Source: an uncultured Chloroflexia bacterium
GTDB lineage: Bacteria; Chloroflexota; Limnocylindria; Limnocylindrales; CSP1-4
DNA length: 64,000 bases
Reading direction: 5' to 3'
NCBI GenBank assembly: GCA_963828165.1
Contig: CAWHDR010000002.1
Coordinates: 22,658-86,657 of the forward strand
The notes below the pieces were generated by a model. That model did no database searches and had not been told where the DNA came from. It saw nothing but the letters and a program-made list of their open reading frames with translations. The position numbers and the translations under genes are program-made. Below are positions 57,479 to 64,000 of this stretch, one piece after another; positions within the stretch are counted from its first letter, which is position 1; each line of letters begins with the position of its first letter.

Positions 57479-58522
57479 TCAGCCGTCCGGCGCGTCCAGC
57501 TCCCGTGCGTATGGCGGGAACCGGAACCGCTGTGATCGGGTCAGGATCCCGCCGTGGCCCATCTTGGCGACGGTCCGCTCCGATGCCGGTTCTCCGGCCA
57601 GGAGGCGCGGGAGCAGCAGGTCCACGGCCGTTGCCTTCGAGTACGCCCCGCACGTCGGCAGGCCCAGGATGGACGTCCCGCCGACCCGGGCCAGCCAGAG
57701 CATCGAGCCCGGATGGGCTGGCACGCCCCGCCGCACCACCCGCCCGCCCAGCGCGTCGATCGCAAGGAAGAACGTGTCTCGCGGATCCGTGCTGGCCGAG
57801 CCCGCAGTGAGGACTACATCGGCGGTCTCGGCCCCGCGCGTGAACTGCGCGATCGCCGTCTCGACCGCGTCTGCCTCGTCCTCGACGTACACGATGTCGA
57901 GGATCTTCGAGCCGAGCCCGTCCACCTTGGCGCGGACGCTCGCTTCGAACCGGGCCCGCGCCGTGCCCCGGATCGATTCCTTGACCACGACCCCGACCCG
58001 GCGCTTCAGCAGCTTCGAGACCCACACGACGGGCTGGCTGCCGAAGCCCGCCAGCCGGGCAGCGGCGTCGATGATGCCCGCGTCGACGATGTGCGGCGCG
58101 ATCTTGACGCTGGCCACGAGGTCGCCCTTCTCGACGACCTGCCCGTCGAAGACGGTGAAGACCTCGAGCGGGTCGAGCCGATTGATGCGGTCGAGCTCCG
58201 GCACGAGGACGGTGACTACCCCCGCGGTCGAGGCGACGAGGTCGAGACGGCTCTGGTTCGGGCCACGCGCATCCAGGTTCTCTCCCGCGACCGCCTTCGC
58301 CAGCCGGATGGCCGCATCGTCCTCGTGCAGCTCTCCGGGTTCGGCGATGAGGACCGTGACGGGCGGGCCTTCATCGCCCGCGGCGACGGCCAGCAGGTCG
58401 TCCTCGGACAGCCGCCGACCCTTGGTCCAGCGCTTACCGCCGACCGTCAGGTCGCGGGTCAGGACCGCATCCACGAGCCTCGCCGGTGCGCGCCGACCAG
58501 GAGTGACCTGCTCGACGCGCAC
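57479..58522 (-). CDS. MoeA-like molybdopterin-binding protein
   Basis: LHEDDAA, VASVKI, STDPRD, GVPAHPGSMLW, GLPTC, DLLLPRLL, MGHGG. Confidence 0.75.
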   Translation of the reverse strand: MRVEQVTPGRRAPARLVDAVLTRDLTVGGKRWTKGRRLSEDDLLAVAAGDEGPPVTVLIAEPGELHEDDAAIRLAKAVAGENLDARGPNQSRLDLVASTAGVVTVLVPELDRINRLDPLEVFTVFDGQVVEKGDLVASVKIAPHIVDAGIIDAAARLAGFGSQPVVWVSKLLKRRVGVVVKESIRGTARARFEASVRAKVDGLGSKILDIVYVEDEADAVETAIAQFTRGAETADVVLTAGSASTDPRDTFFLAIDALGGRVVRRGVPAHPGSMLWLARVGGTSILGLPTCGAYSKATAVDLLLPRLLAGEPASERTVAKMGHGGILTRSQRFRFPPYARELDAPDG

Positions 58523-58540
58523 GCTCGGGCGACGTTCGCG

Positions 58541-59390
58541 TCAGGCGGACGGGGCGAGGGCGGCTTCGATCGCGCGACGGGTGTAGACCACCGCCATCCG
58601 CGTTCGATACTCGCGACCCGCGTGGATATCGCTGTTGACCGTCTGGCCGTCCGCCGCGTGCTCGGCGGCCGCAGCGACCGCGGCCGGCGAACCGTCGCTG
58701 CCCATCAGTGCGTCTTCGACGGCTTTCGCGCGGTACGCCACGTCGCCCACACCGGTCAACGCGACGCGGGCGTGCGAGACGGACCCGCCGGAGCGCGCGA
58801 CGACGGCGCACACCCCCACGATCGAGTAGCCCGACGCTGGATGCTCCAGCTTCTGGTACGAGCCGGCCGCCCCCGCAGGTAGCGGACCGCGGCGCAGCGA
58901 CGTCAGGATCTCGTCCGGCGCGATGTCACTCGTGAAGGCTCCCTGCAGGAACCCGTCGAGCGGCACGACCCGTTCGCCCCGCTGCGAACGGAGCACGACC
59001 TCATAGTCGAGCGCGAGCCCCAGGGCCGGCAGGTCCGAGGCGGGATCGGCGTGGGCGATGGCCCCTCCGACGGTGCCCCGGTTGCGGACCTGGACGTCGC
59101 CGATGCCACGGATGCAATCGGCGGCGAAACCTAGCGGGGTCGCCTCCAGGGCCTCCGCGTACGTCGTGAGCGCCCCGATCTCGAAACCGCCCTCCGAGCG
59201 TGGAGCGGGCGCCCTTGAGCTCGGCCAGGCGGCCGATGTCGACGAGCGTCCCGGGCGCAGCCAGTCGCAGCTTCATCAGCGGCAGCAGGCTCATCCCGCC
59301 CGCGAGGACCTTGGCGTCCCCACCGGCGAGCGCGGTGAGCGCGTCGTCCAGCGAGGTCGCTCGCCGGTATGCGAATGCCGCGGGGATCAT
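58541..59390 (-). CDS. coxM: Molybdoenzyme FAD subunit CoxM (frameshift near 59198)
   Basis: MIPAAFAY, LAGGMSLLPLMKLR; after the shift QVRNRGTVGGAIAHADP, then continues into ORF 58541..58996. Confidence 0.85.
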
Positions 59391-61813
59391 GCCTGGCCTC
59401 CCTTCGCATCCTGGATCGCCGACCAGACTTTCTCCGAGGTGTAGGGCATGTCGAGATGGCGGATCCCGAGATCACTCAGCGCATCGATGACCGCGTTCGC
59501 GGCGGCCGCGGTCGACGCGATCGCGCCGGCCTCGCCGACGCCCTTCACCCCGAGCGGATTGACCGGCGACGGGGTGACCGTCTGATCGAGCTCGATGTTC
59601 GGGAACTGCGATGCCTTTGGCAGCGCGTAATCGAGCATGGAGCCCGTCAGGAGCTGGCCGTCGTCGCTGTAGACGGCGCCCTCCCACAGCGCCTGCCCCA
59701 CGCCCTGGGCGATGCCGCCGTGGAGCTGCCCATCGACGATCATCGGGTTGATCTTGTTGCCCACGTCGTCGACCGCCACGTAACGGACGAGCTCCACGTG
59801 ACCCGTCTCCTCGTCGATCTCGACCACGGCGATGTGCGTACCGAACGGCCAGGTGCAATTCGGCGTGTCGTAGTAGGCCGTCTCGTCGAGGTACGGCTCC
59901 ATGCCCTCGGGCGCGTCGAACGCGAGGTCGAGCGCGAAGGCGATCTCCTGGAACGTCTTCTTGCGGTCGGGCGAACCCTTGACCGAATAGTTCGCACCGT
60001 CGATCTCGATGTCCTCGGGGGACGCTTCGAGCATGTGCGCGGCGTAGCGGCGGGCCTTGTCCCGGATCTTGTCCGCGGCCTTGATGGCGGCCGTCATCCC
60101 GACCGACGAGGTCCGGCTGCCATACGTCCCGTAGCCGAAGGGCGTGCCCTGGGTATCGGAATGCTGGACGATGACGTCCTCCATCGGGATGCCCAGCTCG
60201 GTGGCGATGACCTGGGCGTAGGTCGTCTCGTGACCCTGTCCCTGCGGCGAGGTCCCCACCGTGACGACGACCTTGCCCGTGAGGTGGACCTTGATGTTCG
60301 AGGATTCCCACATCGCGGCGCCCCAGCCCTCGCCCACAGCACCGATCCACTTGCTGGGTGCGACGCCGCAGACCTCGATGTACGTCGAGAGGCCCAGACC
60401 CAGGAGCTTGCCGCGCTTCTTGGCCTCCGCCTTCTTCGCGGCGAGGTCCTTGTAACCGACCGTCGCGAGGGCCATGTCCATGGCCGGCTCGTAATTGCCG
60501 GAATCGATCGCGATCTTGGCGCCGCCGGACGCCGTGTAGAGGCCGGACGGGTTCTCGTACGGGAACTCGTCGGGCTGGATGAAGTTGCGGCGTCGCAGCT
60601 CGGCGCGGTCCATCCCGATCTCGGCCGCGAACAGGTCCATCGCCCGCTCGATGACGTAGGTCGCCTCCGGGCGACCCGCGCCCCGATACGCGTCAACGAA
60701 CGTGGTGTTCGTGTAGACGCCGGTTACCTCGGCGTAGACGTTGGGGATCTTGTAGCAGCCCGCCAGGACCCGTGCGTAGAGCGTGGTCGGGATGCCTGGG
60801 CCGATCGTGGACAGCCGCCCGCCGAGATTGGCCAGGGTCTTCACGCGAAGCCCGGTGATCTTGCCGTCCTTCGTGCCGGCGATCTCCAGGTGCGTGATGT
60901 GGTCGCGACCGTGGATCGTGCTCTGGTAGTTCTCGCGACGGCCTTCCACCCACTTGACCGGGCGACCGCCGATCGCCTTGCTGGCGAACATCGTGAGGGC
61001 CATGTCGGCGTAGCAGTAGATCCTCGAACCGAAGGCGCCGCCGATGTCCGGGGCGATGCAGCGCACCTTGTGCTCGGGGATCCCGGTAACGAAGGCGGTC
61101 AGCAGCAGCCGCTGGATATGCGGCGTCTGGCTCGACATCCAGACCGTGTACTCGTCGGTGCCGGGGTTGTACCAGCCGATATCGCCGCGCGTCTCGATCG
61201 AGTTCGGGATGAGTCGCTGGTTGACGATGCGCTGGCGGACGACGACCTCGGCGCCATCGATGGCGGCGTCCGTGCCCGACTTGTCGCCGACCGTCCACTC
61301 GAACACGACGTTCTTGGGTGCGTTCTCGTGGAGTTGCGGAGCGCCAGGCTCGATCGCCTTCTCCGCATCGACCACCGTAGGAAGCGGCTCCCAGTCGACC
61401 GTGATGGCCTCGATGGCATCGTAGGCCTGAGCCTCGGTCTCGGCGACGACCGCGGCGACGCCCTCTCCGGTCCACTTGACGTCATCCGTCGCGAGGACAC
61501 GCGGCGTGTTGACGTTGTTCTGGATGCCCGCGCTCCCGCCGGCTGGCCAGGCCATCGGCAAGGGGTTGTACGGGATGTCGGCGCCCACGAAAACCGCGAC
61601 CACGCCCGGCATCGACTTCGCGGCGCTCGTGTCGATCGAACGGATGTTGGCGTGGGCGTACGGGCTGCGCAGGATGGCCATGTGGGTCATCGACTGCAGT
61701 TTGATGTCGTCGAGATAGCGGCCTTCGCCCGTGATGAAGCGCGGGTCCTCGGTCCGCTTGATGGGCTTGCCGACGACGTTGGTCGTGGCGGGAGCGTCGA
61801 GCACGTCGGTCAT
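59387..61813 (-). CDS. coxL: Xanthine dehydrogenase-family Mo subunit, form II CoxL-like
   Basis: RTEDPRFITG, RSPYAHA, QTPH, GGAFG, AYRGAGRPEA, GQGHET, GVKGVGE. Confidence 0.9.
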   Translation of the reverse strand: MTDVLDAPATTNVVGKPIKRTEDPRFITGEGRYLDDIKLQSMTHMAILRSPYAHANIRSIDTSAAKSMPGVVAVFVGADIPYNPLPMAWPAGGSAGIQNNVNTPRVLATDDVKWTGEGVAAVVAETEAQAYDAIEAITVDWEPLPTVVDAEKAIEPGAPQLHENAPKNVVFEWTVGDKSGTDAAIDGAEVVVRQRIVNQRLIPNSIETRGDIGWYNPGTDEYTVWMSSQTPHIQRLLLTAFVTGIPEHKVRCIAPDIGGAFGSRIYCYADMALTMFASKAIGGRPVKWVEGRRENYQSTIHGRDHITHLEIAGTKDGKITGLRVKTLANLGGRLSTIGPGIPTTLYARVLAGCYKIPNVYAEVTGVYTNTTFVDAYRGAGRPEATYVIERAMDLFAAEIGMDRAELRRRNFIQPDEFPYENPSGLYTASGGAKIAIDSGNYEPAMDMALATVGYKDLAAKKAEAKKRGKLLGLGLSTYIEVCGVAPSKWIGAVGEGWGAAMWESSNIKVHLTGKVVVTVGTSPQGQGHETTYAQVIATELGIPMEDVIVQHSDTQGTPFGYGTYGSRTSSVGMTAAIKAADKIRDKARRYAAHMLEASPEDIEIDGANYSVKGSPDRKKTFQEIAFALDLAFDAPEGMEPYLDETAYYDTPNCTWPFGTHIAVVEIDEETGHVELVRYVAVDDVGNKINPMIVDGQLHGGIAQGVGQALWEGAVYSDDGQLLTGSMLDYALPKASQFPNIELDQTVTPSPVNPLGVKGVGEAGAIASTAAAANAVIDALSDLGIRHLDMPYTSEKVWSAIQDAKGGQA

Positions 61814-61826
61814 CGGTCGTCTCCCC

Positions 61827-62321
61827 TCACGCGCCCGCCGGAACGGCAGCTTCGCGGTTGGCGGCCGCAGCCGCGCGGATCGCCGCGACGATGTTCTGGT
61901 AGCCGGTGCAGCGGCAGATGTTGCCTTCGATCGCGTCACGGATCTCGTCGTCGCTCGGATCGCTGTTGCGGGCGAGCAGGTCGGCCGCAGTCATGATCAT
62001 CCCCGGCGTGCAGAAGCCGCACTGAAGACCGTGCTGTTCCCAGAAGGCGGTCTGGAGCGGATGGAGCTCATCGGAGCTCGTGGCCATGCCTTCGATCGTG
62101 GTGACCGTGGCGCCATCGGCCTGGACCGCGAGCATCGTGCATGACTTCACGGCGCGCCCATCGACATGGACGGTGCATGCGCCGCACTGGCTGGTGTCGC
62201 ACCCGACATGGGTGCCGGTCAGGTCCATGTCCTCGCGCAGGGCCTGGACGAGGAGGCGTCTGGGCTCGACATCGAGATCCCGCATGGCTCCGTTGACCGT
62301 GAGAGAGATGTGTTCACCCAC
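61827..62321 (-). CDS. coxS: 2Fe-2S subunit CoxS
   Basis: [24 protein letters not shown]; GTG after GAAGGAGG. Confidence 0.92.
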   Translation of the reverse strand: MGEHISLTVNGAMRDLDVEPRRLLVQALREDMDLTGTHVGCDTSQCGACTVHVDGRAVKSCTMLAVQADGATVTTIEGMATSSDELHPLQTAFWEQHGLQCGFCTPGMIMTAADLLARNSDPSDDEIRDAIEGNICRCTGYQNIVAAIRAAAAANREAAVPAGA

Positions 62322-62519
62322 GAGCCGACCTCCTTCGACGTCTGCGTACCAGGCGACCGACCGTCCCGGCCCTCGACGGGATGGCGGTGCCATGCGTCTT
62401 GCTGGAGCATGCGGAGCCTCGGGCCGACGCACAGGGGTCGGCAGGAGGTCCGACGATGGTGGCACCGCGAGGTGTCGGAATCAAGTCCGCGACGCGGTCC
62501 GTGGTCCCACCCGGGCCTT

Positions 62520-63783
62520 TCAGGCGGCGGCGACGTCCTCCAGGGCCGCGCCGAGGCCGTCGACGAGCGTGTCGATCTCGCCTTCGGTGATCACGAAGGC
62601 CGGCGAGATGTGCAGCGCGTGGCCGCGAAGGACGCGCGTGGCGATCCCGTGACGCAGGGCCGCGGCGACGACCCGCGCCGGGATCCCGGGGTCCGCGGCG
62701 AGCCGGTCCGGCCCGATGGCGACGGCCGCGGTCAACCCGACGGTCCGGATCTCGCCGACGAGCGGGAGGGATGCGAGCCGCCTGACCGCGAGATCCAGCA
62801 CGGGCTCCAAGGTCGCCACCCGAGCGACCAGCCCGTCGCGTTCCAGGATGTCGAGGTTGGCCTGCGCCGCCGCGCAGGCGGCAGCGTGGCCCGAGTAGGT
62901 GTAGCCGTGGACGAACATCGGACCGGGCGCTGGGCCGTCCCAGAACGGCTCGCGAACGCGCGGGCCCACGATCACGCCGCCGAGCGGGAAGTAGCCGGAG
63001 GTGACGCCCTTCGCGAAGAGGACCATGTCGGGCGCGATGGCATAGCGCTCCGAACCCCACATCACGCCCGTCCGCCCGAAGCCCGTGATGACCTCGTCGG
63101 CGATCAGGAGGACGTCGTGCTCGCGGCAGAGCCGCTGGACCTCGGCCCAGTACGACGGCTCGGGCGGATAGACGCCACCGGCGCCGATGACCGGCTCCCC
63201 GATGAAGGCGGCGATCTCGGCGCCGCGCGACTCGAACAGCGCTCCGAGACTCTCGGTGTCGTTCGCCCCGACGTTGACGACCTCCTCGATGATCTCGCCG
63301 CCATAGCCGGACTTGTTGCCCGGGATGCCGGCGAGTGCCGTGCCCCAGGCGTGCATGCCGTGATAACCGTGCTCGCGGGACACGATGACGCGCTTCTCCG
63401 GTCGACCGAGGACGTCCCAGTAACGCCGCGCGAGCTTGGCCGCGGTGTCGACCGCGTCCGATCCGCCCGAGCCGAAGAAGACGACCGCGTCGTCGATGGG
63501 AGCCAGCCCCGCCAGCCGCTCGGCCAGCTCGATCGTCGGCTCCGTCGTGTAGGCACCGAACGACGAGTACGCCGGCAGCCGCTTGAGCTGCTCGGCCACC
63601 GCATCGGCGATCTCGTGACGCCCGAACCCGACGGCGCAGTACCAGAGAGCCGCGGTGGCGTCGAGGAAGCGCCGGCCGTCGATCGACTCGAGCCAGACCC
63701 CGTCGCCCAGATCGGAAGACGATCTCCGCACCCTTGACCGCGTGCATGTCGGCGAAGCCGTGCCAGAACCGTGTCGATGTCAT
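62520..63783 (-). CDS. Class III PLP-dependent aminotransferase (frameshift near 63708)
   Basis: MTSTRFWHGFADM joins GDGVWLE..FLDA; YHG, EPVIGAGG, IADEVITGFGRTG, FAKGVTSGY, HGYTYSGH. Confidence 0.88.
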
Positions 63784-63955
63784 GCGGTCGATGGTAGCGG
63801 TGGGCGGGGGCGGGCTGGCGACGGTCCCGTGTCGCGGGTCGAGACGAGCGGGTGACGAGGTCCCCGGATCCCGTCGACCCCGCGCGGGGGAACGATGCCT
63901 ACCATCCAATGGGCTCGTGGATGGCACGAGGCACAGCGCCCGCCAGAGTCGCGAC

Positions 63956-63984
63956 AAGCCTGAGGCAGACGCGGCCTCAGGTTT
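63956..63984. terminator. Hairpin, possible terminator of an off-window gene
   Basis: AAGCCTGAGGC-7 nt-GCCTCAGGTTT. Confidence 0.4.
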
Positions 63985-64000
63985 GGTCTGCGGGCGGCGC

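Noticed and set aside
59387-61813. True aerobic CO dehydrogenase (form I)
   Set aside because: The active-site loop is AYRGAGR, lacking the Cu-binding Cys, and the gene order is S-L-M
59369-61996. Long antisense ORFs (for example 59369..61996+, 31548..33443+, 36169..38034+, 52559..54658+)
   Set aside because: Shadow frames of well-supported genes, typical of 70% GC DNA; no motifs
62325-62515. Possible Moco riboswitch upstream of coxS
   Set aside because: Conserved Moco-motif elements were not recognisable by eye; an Rfam scan would settle it

Overview
High-GC (about 70%) bacterial chromosomal window. Gene content and widespread apparently leaderless promoters suggest Chloroflexota (Limnocylindria-like) or an actinobacterium-like organism (inference). 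Contents in order: a LAL/LuxR-type AAA regulator with a DUF4242 gene and a secreted protein; an XRE-HTH/nuclease-like gene; clpX-clpP-tig and tRNA-Leu(TAG); cinA; a Crp / MBL phosphodiesterase / class III cyclase trio; mrp; a polyamine ABC operon; hisN and a GcvT-family amine oxidase; an M23 peptidase; a Ser/Thr kinase; an APC permease with a choline kinase; an AAA+/VWA operon; an ABC-2 exporter-rsgA-GNAT operon behind a probable attenuator; and a large form II cox-like (coxSLM, AYRGAGR) molybdoenzyme cluster with unusual inserted genes. At least six genes carry single-base frameshifts, probably assembly errors. No CRISPR array, rRNA or transposase was seen. Best candidates for novelty: (i) a dispersed element of about 190 bp with inverted-repeat ends, one copy abutting the XRE-nuclease-like gene; (ii) the leader-peptide attenuator in front of the ABC/rsgA/GNAT operon; (iii) the compact cyclic-nucleotide make/break/sense module; (iv) a structured leader upstream of the M23 peptidase.
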